In this document: positions 1 to 8,201 of the stretch, in pieces
Layout of the letters: every line of letters starts with the position of its first letter
Numbering within the stretch: position 1 is the first letter of the stretch
IMG/VR virus record: IMGVR_UViG_3300045410_000040
Span: 1-41,590 of that record
Reading direction: 5' to 3' (one strand)
DNA length: 41,590 nucleotides
Source: a virus
Taxonomy: Duplodnaviria > Caudoviricetes
Notes under the pieces: model-generated
What the model saw: only the letters and a program-made list of their open reading frames with translations
Told to the model about the DNA's origin: nothing
Database searches by the model: none
Translations under genes and position numbers: made by a program

Positions 1-226
1 GTCACCTGCGAACACTGTGGCGGGTACATCACCGACACCACACGAGACCTGCACATAGACCGCGCATGCATGACCGAACACCAAACCGCGGTCTACCAGC
101 GCGGACGAGCGGCCGTTGACGCCGAGCTGGCCGCGGCACGGCAACACAACCGGCAGGAGACGATATGAGCGAGCGATGCGAGGTCATCACGACCGAAGGC
201 GGCTGCGGGCAAGAAGCCACCCTGCG
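1..226. repeat. Terminal direct repeat, left copy (circular overlap)
   Basis: Matches 41365-41590 except G99 vs A41463. Confidence 0.97.
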
Positions 227-317
227 CTACTGGCAGCGGCCAGAAGGTCGCCTGGAGCTGTACATCTGCGACTCGCACTGGGAGCTGTGGAACAACCGGC
301 AGGAGACGACGCCATGA
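165..317 (+). CDS. Small hypothetical protein, 50 aa (MSERCEVITTEGGCG..., Cys/His-rich)
   Basis: AGGAG SD; ATGA overlaps with upstream and downstream genes; below ORF-track cutoff. Confidence 0.7.
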   Translation: MSERCEVITTEGGCGQEATLRYWQRPEGRLELYICDSHWELWNNRQETTP

Positions 318-610
318 GCAGCCTGAGACTCGTAGCCGACGAAGACCCGACCCGCGACCTGCCGCACGACGACGCGCTGTCGGTGCTGAACGGGCACTGG
401 CGTGCGGCACGGACCGCCTACGCCGACCTGCTCGGCGTCGTAGGTGATCTGTACATGCGGCATCTGATCGTCCCGCCGGCCAAGCGGGCCATTAGCCGCT
501 CACATATGGCCGCCATGCGAGACCGAGCGCGGGACATGGCTTTGCACGCGACTCGGATCGCGGACGAGCTGGATCGTGCCGTGCAGGTCTACGACAGGGT
601 CGAACGATGA
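314..610 (+). CDS. Hypothetical protein (MSSLRLVADED...)
   Basis: AGGAG SD, ATGA coupling, high GC3. Confidence 0.75.
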   Translation: MSSLRLVADEDPTRDLPHDDALSVLNGHWRAARTAYADLLGVVGDLYMRHLIVPPAKRAISRSHMAAMRDRARDMALHATRIADELDRAVQVYDRVER

Positions 611-726
611 CCGGCGAGAAGCTCGTAGATCCCGACTGTAAAGCCGGCAAGCACCGCGCCTGCGTCGGCGGCCTATGCCGATGTTCCTGCCACTGGGACA
701 CCCACACCGAGGAGGACACGCCATGA
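607..726 (+). CDS. Small Cys-rich protein, 39 aa (MTGEKLVDPDCKAGKHRACVGGLCRCSCH...)
   Basis: ATGA overlaps at both ends; probable Zn ligands. Confidence 0.65.
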   Translation: MTGEKLVDPDCKAGKHRACVGGLCRCSCHWDTHTEEDTP

Positions 727-1181
727 GTGGAAGCAGTTGGGCAGCCCTCGGCCTGTACCTCGCGTCAGCGGTCATTGCCGGATGCCTGTTCGGATTGCTG
801 ATACGGGCTGCCAAAGCACTGCTATCCAGGTACTTGCGCATCGCCAGTCCGGGCTGGACGCGCTCGACCTCACAGCACACCACCGACGAGTGGATTCGGG
901 CCGCGTATCCTGACGCGGACTTCCACCGCCAGATCATGGACGCCGTCTACGCCGAGCACGACCGGATGCTCGACGTCCCCGCCGCTGATCTCGCGTGGGT
1001 CATGTCGCAGGAGTGGCAGAACGAGATCCGGGAAGCGGCGGGAACGCATGTGAGCGTGCTCAACTATGCGCAGCACAGGCGCACAGTCGATGCCTTCATC
1101 GGCCACACCATGCTCGGCATCTCGGTAGAGATCCGTGACGGTGCCGGGTTCCCCAAGCTGGTCAAGCGGGAGGTCAAGTGA
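723..1181 (+). CDS. Hypothetical protein with N-terminal TM helix
   Basis: GGAGG SD; hydrophobic N-terminus; ATGA/GTGA coupling. Confidence 0.7.
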   Translation: MSGSSWAALGLYLASAVIAGCLFGLLIRAAKALLSRYLRIASPGWTRSTSQHTTDEWIRAAYPDADFHRQIMDAVYAEHDRMLDVPAADLAWVMSQEWQNEIREAAGTHVSVLNYAQHRRTVDAFIGHTMLGISVEIRDGAGFPKLVKREVK

Positions 1182-1759
1182 GCGTCGCCGAGACCGCCCG
1201 CTACGTGCAGCAACTCACCCAGCCCTACAGCCACACCGAGCCCTACTGGACCCTCGGCCGCCGCACCCAAATCCCAAGAGCACACCGCAGCAACCACCCA
1301 TCCCTGCTCAACCAGCTACGCGCAGCCTGCGAACCCGGACTCGTCGACGACACCGGAGCCCGAATCGGCGAGAGCAAACCACCAGTCGCCATGAGCGCCC
1401 TCGACGTGCTACTACGCATCGAAGCCGCCTCCGCAGACTGGGTATCACGACAACTAGAACACCCGCTACGAGACACCGCCGAAGCCAACCTGTCCCTACT
1501 CGCCGGCAAAACCAACGACGTGCGCGCACTCGGCCTCAGCGAGGCCATCGAATCCTGGTGGCGCTGGGCACGTGTCGAATCCGCATGGGACGGACGGCCA
1601 CGCGACCTGAGAGACCCATGCCCCTGGTGCGCACAGCGCATGCTGAGGGTGGCGTGGGATGTATCGGCGGCCTGGTGCAGGGAGTGCGGCTCAGCATGGG
1701 GTGCGGCAGATGTGGGGGTCTTGGGAGCCATGCTCGACCAGCAACGCGCGTCGGCTTGA
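1178..1759 (+). CDS. Actinophage protein with C-terminal CxxC..CxxC zinc ribbon; last early gene, possible late-transcription regulator
   Basis: CPWC/CREC motifs; GGAGG SD; position just before the packaging module. Confidence 0.7.
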   Translation: MSVAETARYVQQLTQPYSHTEPYWTLGRRTQIPRAHRSNHPSLLNQLRAACEPGLVDDTGARIGESKPPVAMSALDVLLRIEAASADWVSRQLEHPLRDTAEANLSLLAGKTNDVRALGLSEAIESWWRWARVESAWDGRPRDLRDPCPWCAQRMLRVAWDVSAAWCRECGSAWGAADVGVLGAMLDQQRASA

Positions 1760-2187
1760 CTCACGATACGAAAGTGACGCATGATGGCCGCGTTGGAGAC
1801 GTATGTCCGGGCCCAGTTTCATAAGGGGCCTGTTCTCAAGGGGGCGTGTCATCCCTAGGGTCGGCCACAGCCCCCTGTCCACCGCACACGGTCATGCTTC
1901 GCTGAAAACTGATCAACTCAACTGACTGAACTGAACCAACTAGCGAATTGGTCAAGAGAACGCACGAAACGTCACCCATCAAGGTCAACATCGCTGTGAC
2001 CTGCAGGGATGGGTAGGGGCGGTAACCTGGCGACGTGCAAATGATCTTGGGGTTCAGCACTCCCGCGCTGCGTTTACATACTTTTCGGACATCTTGAACG
2101 ATCTTGGAGCCGCCCCGCTTTTACAGCGCTGGGCGGCTTCCTCCGTCAGAAGTGTCAGAAGTGTCACATGGAGGGAGTCACCCCTCC
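1760..2187. promoter_or_regulatory. Non-coding early/late junction, probable late promoter and packaging (cos) region
   Basis: About 430 bp with no convincing ORF, several hairpins, AACTG repeats (~1907-1941) and GGGTAGGGGCGG (~2011-2022), upstream of HNH/terminase. Confidence 0.5.
2106..2140 (+). other. Stem-loop upstream of HNH gene
   Basis: GGAGCCGCCC/GGGCGGCTTC stem with inner CGCT/AGCG. Confidence 0.55.
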
Positions 2188-2970
2188 ATGGAACGAGTCT
2201 GTCTGGATTGCGGAGCACCGCTCACGAAGAAGTCTGGTCGCGGGCGGTGGCCGACGTACTGCCCCGGCTGTAAGCCGAAGAAGCAGTCTGGGCAGCATCG
2301 GGTGCTCGGGCTCCGTCGTTGCGGCTGGTGTGACCGTGAGTACGAGTGGCGCCAAGGCGAGATGGGGATGTACTGCTCGGTCAAGTGCAACGCCGCTGGC
2401 CGAAGCAAGATCCGATCTTGCGATATTTCACGGCGGTGGCGAGATCAAGTGATCCGGCTGTTCAGATGTCAGCGTGACGATCTGCCCGATCTGAAGCCGT
2501 TCACGTGGAATATCGAGTCGAAGACGTGCGACCACTGCGACGCCGTGATGGTCAATCCGCGTCCCGGTAAGAGATTCTGCTCGGAACGATGTGGAAGCGC
2601 CGCGCGGAAGCCCGCCTACGTGCCGCGCACGTATGCGGTTGAGTGTGGAGACTGTGGCGTCGAGTTTGTGGCCCGCGATTCGCGTAAGCGGTACTGCTCG
2701 GAGGACTGCTGGCCGAGTGGTAAGAAGGTCAACATAAGCCCACGGCGCCGCCGCCGGATCTATCAACGCGATCGTTGGTGTTGCCAGCTGTGCGGCGAGA
2801 AGGTTGACCGGCGCGCGAAGTACACGGATCGCGCGCCGAGCATTGACCACATCATCCCCCGAAGTCTTCACGGCACGGACGAGGATGAGAATCTCCAGCT
2901 AGCGCATCGTGGATGCAACTCGGAGAAGGGCAACCGCGCTGTAGGCGAGCAGCTGCTTCTGGTCGGCTGA
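2188..2970 (+). CDS. HNH endonuclease with several N-terminal zinc-ribbon repeats (free-standing, homing type)
   Basis: Repeated CxxC..YCSxxC modules; C-terminal RDRWCCQLCG...SIDHIIPRS.HG..NLQLAHRGCN.EKG. Confidence 0.88.
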   Translation: MERVCLDCGAPLTKKSGRGRWPTYCPGCKPKKQSGQHRVLGLRRCGWCDREYEWRQGEMGMYCSVKCNAAGRSKIRSCDISRRWRDQVIRLFRCQRDDLPDLKPFTWNIESKTCDHCDAVMVNPRPGKRFCSERCGSAARKPAYVPRTYAVECGDCGVEFVARDSRKRYCSEDCWPSGKKVNISPRRRRRIYQRDRWCCQLCGEKVDRRAKYTDRAPSIDHIIPRSLHGTDEDENLQLAHRGCNSEKGNRAVGEQLLLVG

Positions 2971-3231
2971 ATGGCTCAGGACTCGTGGTCCTCGGTTCCC
3001 CAGAACGTGCGGGATATCCTGCGCGAGCTCGTGTTCCAACGCGACGGTTACGTCTGTACCGTCCGCCGAAGCCCAAGGTGCAGCGGCCGTGCCGAGGAGC
3101 TAGATCACATTATTCCGAGGGCGCAGGGCGGCGCGATCTTCGACCCTGACAACTGCCGCAGCTCATGCCGCCACTGCAATCGGGGCCGGCGTGACCGCAA
3201 GATCCGTATAGCGGCGTCGAGGGAGTGGTGA
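2971..3231 (+). CDS. Small HNH endonuclease, HK97 gp74-like packaging accessory
   Basis: RDGYVC...ELDHIIPRAQGG...NCRSSCRHCN; location upstream of terminase. Confidence 0.88.
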   Translation: MAQDSWSSVPQNVRDILRELVFQRDGYVCTVRRSPRCSGRAEELDHIIPRAQGGAIFDPDNCRSSCRHCNRGRRDRKIRIAASREW

Positions 3232-4254
3232 ATGCGGGTTCTGATCACCGGTGGCTGCGGCTTTGCAGGGGCTCATCTGGTTGAGCATCTACTGACCGAG
3301 ACGGACTGGCGCCTGGTCGTCCTGGACGGTCTCACCTATGCGGGCCGGGTGGATCGGTTGACCGATGCGGCCGGGTTCGATCCGAGTCGGGTGGATCTGG
3401 TGTGGTGGGATCTGCGTTCGCCGATCCATGCTGCGGTGGATGAGCAGATCGGCGAGGTTGACGCGGTGCTGCATCTGGCTGCGGGCAGCCATGTGGACCG
3501 TTCGATCGCTGATCCGGTGCCGTTCGTGCAGAACAACGTGGGCGTGACGTTGAATCTGCTGGAGTGGGCGCGCACCCGCAGCTTGTCGCACTTCGTGCAG
3601 GTGTCCACTGATGAGGTGTACGGGCCGGCCGCACCGGGTGAGGCGCATGCGGAGTGGTCCCCGATTGTGCCGTCGAATCCGTATGCGGCGTCGAAGGCGG
3701 CACAGGAGGCTATCGCCGTCTCGTATTGGAGGACATTTGGCGTGCCGGTTGTGGTCACGAACACGATGAACATGTTCGGTGAACGACAGCACGTCGAGAA
3801 GATGGTCCCGAAAGCGGTCCGGTGTCTGCTGGCCGGGGAGCCGGTGACACTGCACGCCCGCAAGATGGACGGTTGGCTTCGTCATCATCCGAATGCGTGG
3901 GAGCCGTCGTCGCGGTGCTGGTTGCATGCCCGCAACCATGCTGACGCGCTGCGCTGGATTCTCACTGAGACGAGCCCTGTCCGGTTTGGTGACGCGGTGC
4001 GCCCGGATCGTTGGCATGTGGCCGGCAAGGAGTTGGACGTGCTGCAGGTGGCGGGCATGCTGGCCGACGCGCTGGACCGTCCGCTCGAGTATGAGTGGGT
4101 GGACTATCACTCGTCCCGTCCTGGTCATGATCACCGTTATGCGTTGGATGCGTCGAAGATCGCGACAGCGGGTTGGAAGCCGCCGGTGCCGCTGGGCGAG
4201 TCTTTGGCCCGGACGGCCCGCTGGTACGCCGAACGTCCCGGGTGGCTGCGGTGA
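3232..4254 (+). CDS. rmlB: dTDP-glucose 4,6-dehydratase-like extended SDR (RmlB/RfbB family)
   Basis: ITGGCGFAG, HLAAGSHVDRSI, STDEVYG, PSNPYAASKA, RPGHDHRYALD motifs. Confidence 0.93.
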   Translation: MRVLITGGCGFAGAHLVEHLLTETDWRLVVLDGLTYAGRVDRLTDAAGFDPSRVDLVWWDLRSPIHAAVDEQIGEVDAVLHLAAGSHVDRSIADPVPFVQNNVGVTLNLLEWARTRSLSHFVQVSTDEVYGPAAPGEAHAEWSPIVPSNPYAASKAAQEAIAVSYWRTFGVPVVVTNTMNMFGERQHVEKMVPKAVRCLLAGEPVTLHARKMDGWLRHHPNAWEPSSRCWLHARNHADALRWILTETSPVRFGDAVRPDRWHVAGKELDVLQVAGMLADALDRPLEYEWVDYHSSRPGHDHRYALDASKIATAGWKPPVPLGESLARTARWYAERPGWLR

Positions 4255-4499
4255 ACAACCCGGAGGCTCTCGAGGTCACCCTTCAGTCGCTGCGTGACAC
4301 CAGGCGGTTGGAGAACGTCGATGAGGCGCTGGTGCAGGCGTTGAAGTCGATGGCTGAGGCGTTGGATCGGGACCCGAGTAACGCCGCGTTGTGGCGGCAG
4401 TATCGGGAGACGCTCAAGGAGCTGACGGCCGATGACTCGGACAGCTCCGTTGCCGGTGACATTGCAGCGTTGTTCGCCACGGTTCGCGACAAGGCGTAG
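4251..4499 (+). CDS. terS: Terminase small subunit
   Basis: 82-aa helical protein (..ALWRQYRETLKEL..) directly upstream of and overlapping terL; GTGA coupling. Confidence 0.75.
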   Translation: MNNPEALEVTLQSLRDTRRLENVDEALVQALKSMAEALDRDPSNAALWRQYRETLKELTADDSDSSVAGDIAALFATVRDKA

Positions 4500-5886
4500 G
4501 CCCGAACGGGAGACGTTCGGTCCCGAGCTGGCCAAGGTTGCCGACAATCTGGGTCAGCCGCTGATGCCGTGGCAGCGGCTGGTGGCCGACACGGCATGCG
4601 AGATCGACCCGGACACCGGGTATCCGGCGTACCGCGAGGTCGTTGTCACGGTGCCGCGGCAGTCGGGTAAGACCACGCTGTTCCTGTCGTGGCAGATCCA
4701 TCGGTGCCTGTCCCCGCGGTGGCAGCAGCCGCAGCGCTCGGTCTTCACGGCGCAGACGGGCAAGGACGCCCGCGACAAGTGGCTCGACGAGCTGTATCCG
4801 CTGATCAAGGGCTCGTCGCTGGCCCGGTTCACCACTCACATGCACGGCGGCATGGGTAACGAGTCGATCGGCTGGGCGACCGGTGGGCTGATCCGGCTGC
4901 TGTCCACGTCGTCGTCAAGTGGGCATTCGAAGACGTTGCACCAGGCCGTGATGGACGAGATCTGGCACGACGTGGACGACCGCCGCGAGCAGGGTTTGCG
5001 CCCGTCCATGGTGACGATCCCGGACGCGCAACTGCTGGTGTGCTCGACCGCCGGCACCGATGCCAGTCTCGTGTACAACCGGAAGCTGACGATGGGACGT
5101 CAGGCTGTTCTCGCGGACGCGGGTCACGGTGTTGCGTACATCGAGTACCGTGCACCTGACGACTGGGACCCTGAGGACGAGGAGTCGTACTTCACGTTCA
5201 TGCCGGCGTTGTGCCCGGACCCGCCGTGCCGCTGCGGTGTGGATGACGGCGGGTGGCGGCACACGGTGACGCTTCCCGTGCTGCGTGCGGAGCGGCAGTC
5301 GATGGACCCGCCTGAGTATCGCCGGGCGTACGGGAACATTCCGACCGCGTCGTCGGATCTGGTGTTCGCGCCTGAGGTGTGGCGTGAGGTGTGCGATCCG
5401 CGGGGCACGCCGGGTGAGATTGAGCGGTTCGGGCTGGATGTGGCGGAGGACCGTAGCTCGGCGTCGATCGTGGCCGCCGGTGACGGTGAGGCCTTGGAGC
5501 TGGTGGAGCACTTCCCTCACGGCTTGGAGCGTGTCGCCGGGCGCTGCAACGAGCTGACGGACCGGCACGGCGGGAAGGTCACCATCGACTTCGGCGGCCC
5601 TGCGGGAGCGTTGGCCGACGACATCCAGGAGTGCGAACGGCTCACAGGCCGGGATGTGATCCAGGCATGCCAGTCGATGTATGACGCGATCGTGGAGCGC
5701 CGCGCGATGTTCCGCGCGACCCCGGAGCCGGGTGATCCGTTCACCGACGCGGCGTACGGGGCGGTGAAGAAGCCGATGGGTGACAACTTCGTGTGGTCGC
5801 GCAAGGACAGCGTGAACGATGTGACGCCGCTGATGGCGGCGTCGTTGGCGTGGCGGGACAAGGGTGTCGGCGCGTTCTTACTGTGA
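4432..5886 (+). CDS. terL: Terminase large subunit
   Basis: LMPWQ, Walker A VPRQSGKTT, Walker B AVMDE, STAG, nuclease-domain GLDV. Confidence 0.95.
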   Translation: MTRTAPLPVTLQRCSPRFATRRRPERETFGPELAKVADNLGQPLMPWQRLVADTACEIDPDTGYPAYREVVVTVPRQSGKTTLFLSWQIHRCLSPRWQQPQRSVFTAQTGKDARDKWLDELYPLIKGSSLARFTTHMHGGMGNESIGWATGGLIRLLSTSSSSGHSKTLHQAVMDEIWHDVDDRREQGLRPSMVTIPDAQLLVCSTAGTDASLVYNRKLTMGRQAVLADAGHGVAYIEYRAPDDWDPEDEESYFTFMPALCPDPPCRCGVDDGGWRHTVTLPVLRAERQSMDPPEYRRAYGNIPTASSDLVFAPEVWREVCDPRGTPGEIERFGLDVAEDRSSASIVAAGDGEALELVEHFPHGLERVAGRCNELTDRHGGKVTIDFGGPAGALADDIQECERLTGRDVIQACQSMYDAIVERRAMFRATPEPGDPFTDAAYGAVKKPMGDNFVWSRKDSVNDVTPLMAASLAWRDKGVGAFLL

Positions 5887-5906
5887 CCTGGAGAGGTGGG
5901 AAGCGC

Positions 5907-6059
5907 GTGAACCGCACCGCAGCAACAATTCTCGCTCTCTCCGCGGTCATGTTTCTGGGCGGTGTGGCGTTGTTCTCGCCGCGCGTTGCGGTGCTTGTGG
6001 CCGCGTTGCTGCTGCTGTTGTTCGGTGTGGGGCAGCTCGACGTGGGTGAGCGCCGGTGA
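5907..6059 (+). CDS. Small membrane protein, 50 aa, 2 TM
   Basis: GAGG SD; hydrophobic; common position between terL and portal. Confidence 0.7.
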   Translation: MNRTAATILALSAVMFLGGVALFSPRVAVLVAALLLLLFGVGQLDVGERR

Positions 6060-7414
6060 CGAAACTGTGGCAGCGGGGTTTGCAGTCCGCCGTGTCCAAG
6101 CGCAGCAACATTTCCACGATCAACGACTGGATCATGGCGTTCGGTGGTCACCAGTATCCGCTGGGTCTACCGCAGACGATCCGGGGCGATTCCGAGCCGC
6201 CGCCGACCACGTTCGAGGCGTACGCGATTCAGCTGTTCGGCGCGAACCCGGTGGTGTGGGCTGCGGAGTCGATCCGCAAGGCCGTGTTCAGCCAGGCCGA
6301 GTTTGTGTGGCGTGACGTCGATTCCGGGGAAACCACGGGCGGGTCGTCGTTGGAGCTGCTGCGGCGGCCGTGGCCGGGCGGGTCGACGTCGCGGCTGCTG
6401 ACCAAGGCGTTGTTGCACGCCGATCTTGGCGGCAACGGGTATGTACTGCGAGTCCCGCAGGGCCCGCCGCGGCTGCAGTTGATGCGCCCCGACCGGGTGA
6501 CGATCATTCTAGGGTCGCAGCTGGAACCTGACGATCCGTCGCTGGCCGAGGACGCGGAGCTCGCGGGCTACATGTACATGCCGCCGGGCAGCAAGCCGCG
6601 GTTCTACTTCCCCGATCAGGTCGGTCACATCGCGTTCATGCCGGACCCGCTGGCCACGTTCCGTGGCATGTCGTGGTTGACGCCAGTGGTCCGTGAGGTC
6701 CAGGGCGACAAGATCATGACCGAGCACAAGCTGAAGTTCTTCGAGCAGGGCGCCACCCCGAACCTGATCATCACGTTCGACGCCACTCAGACGTTGAAGC
6801 AGGTGACAGCGTTCAAGGAGCTGGCCGAGGATAGCAACACCGGGCTGGAGAACGCCTACCGCACCCTGTACCTGGGCGGTGGCGCCGATGGGACGGTTGT
6901 CGGCTCCGATCTGCAGAAGCTGGACTACTCCAAGACGCAGGGTAAGGCCGAGACACGGATTCTGATGGCGGCCGGCGTGCACCCGGTCATCGCCGGCGCG
7001 TCCGAGGGCATGCAGGGTGCCAGCCTGAACGCCGGGAACTTCGGCCAGGTCCGCAGGCTGTTCTCCGACATTCGGCTGCAGGACATGTGGAACGAGGCAT
7101 CGGTTGCGTTGGAGAACCTGCTGAGCCCGCCGGCCGGTGCACGTCTGGCTGTGCAGACCCGTGACATTCCGTTCCTGCAGGACGACGCGAAGGACGAGGC
7201 GGAGATCCAGCGGGAGCAGTCCCGCGCGATCTCCCAGTATGTGCGCGAAGGGTTCACACCGGCGTCGGCTGTCGCGGCGATCGACACAAACGACGTGACG
7301 AAGCTTGAGTTCGATGATCGGTTCATCTCCGTGCAGTTGCAGAAGGTCAACCAGACCGGAGACGACGGGGACGGTAGCGATGAGGGAGGCGCCAGTGACG
7401 GCGACGACAGTTGA
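6056..7414 (+). CDS. Portal protein, HK97 family
   Basis: LGGNGYV, LMRPDRV, RGMSWL, FFEQGATP, GVHP motifs; synteny. Confidence 0.93.
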   Translation: MTKLWQRGLQSAVSKRSNISTINDWIMAFGGHQYPLGLPQTIRGDSEPPPTTFEAYAIQLFGANPVVWAAESIRKAVFSQAEFVWRDVDSGETTGGSSLELLRRPWPGGSTSRLLTKALLHADLGGNGYVLRVPQGPPRLQLMRPDRVTIILGSQLEPDDPSLAEDAELAGYMYMPPGSKPRFYFPDQVGHIAFMPDPLATFRGMSWLTPVVREVQGDKIMTEHKLKFFEQGATPNLIITFDATQTLKQVTAFKELAEDSNTGLENAYRTLYLGGGADGTVVGSDLQKLDYSKTQGKAETRILMAAGVHPVIAGASEGMQGASLNAGNFGQVRRLFSDIRLQDMWNEASVALENLLSPPAGARLAVQTRDIPFLQDDAKDEAEIQREQSRAISQYVREGFTPASAVAAIDTNDVTKLEFDDRFISVQLQKVNQTGDDGDGSDEGGASDGDDS

Positions 7415-8201
7415 TCTGGCCGGGCTGCCACCCGCGCGCCTGGACATGCCCGTGCTGCGTGCGGTGCGTCCCGGGGTCGAGCTACGTGCGGCCGACGACG
7501 GGAACGGGGTCGGCACGCTGGTCGGTCACTTCTCGGTGTTCAACCGTTGGTTCGAGATCAACTCGTTTTGGGAAGGCCACTTCCTGGAGCGGGTCGCGCC
7601 GGGCGCGTTCTCCAAGACGTTCGGTGACTGGCGTAATGCAGGCGACCCGCACCGCATCCAGGTACTGCTTGAGCACGGCCATGACCCGACCGTCGGGGAC
7701 AAGCCGCTCGGTGTCGCACGGGCCCTGTCCGAGGATGCCACCGGAGCTGGCTATGAAGCCAGGCTGTTCGATGCTGCCTATGTGCGTGAGCTGGTTCCAG
7801 CCATCGCCGCCGGCGTCTACGGCGCCAGCTACCGATTCCAAGTCATTCAGGATGCGTGGGACCAGGAGCCCGAAGCGTCCGAACAGAACCCGAACGGCCT
7901 GCCCGAGCGGACGATCACCGAGAACCGCGTGTATGAGTTCGGCCCGACCGTGTGGCCGGCGAACCCGCACGCCACCGCAGGCATGCGCAGTGCATGTCTG
8001 ACGGATCACTACTACGACATGCTTCGCGCTGCGCACCCACAGGAGTACGACGACCTGTTGGGCCGCACCCAGCGCGCCCGCACCCCAGCCGCCGATGGCA
8101 CTGGGGCCGCAACGCACAACCCGGCTGAGCCGCCGCGAGGCACTCGACGGTTCCCTGAGCAACTGCTCACCCAGATCAACCTCAGAAGGGGATCGAGATG
8201 A
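7395..8201 (+). CDS. Prohead (capsid maturation) protease, HK97 family
   Basis: GHFSVFN, ERVAPGAFSKT, LLEHGHD, GASYRF, EFGPTVWPANP; GGAGG SD before GTG 7395. Confidence 0.92.
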   Translation: MTATTVDLAGLPPARLDMPVLRAVRPGVELRAADDGNGVGTLVGHFSVFNRWFEINSFWEGHFLERVAPGAFSKTFGDWRNAGDPHRIQVLLEHGHDPTVGDKPLGVARALSEDATGAGYEARLFDAAYVRELVPAIAAGVYGASYRFQVIQDAWDQEPEASEQNPNGLPERTITENRVYEFGPTVWPANPHATAGMRSACLTDHYYDMLRAAHPQEYDDLLGRTQRARTPAADGTGAATHNPAEPPRGTRRFPEQLLTQINLRRGSR

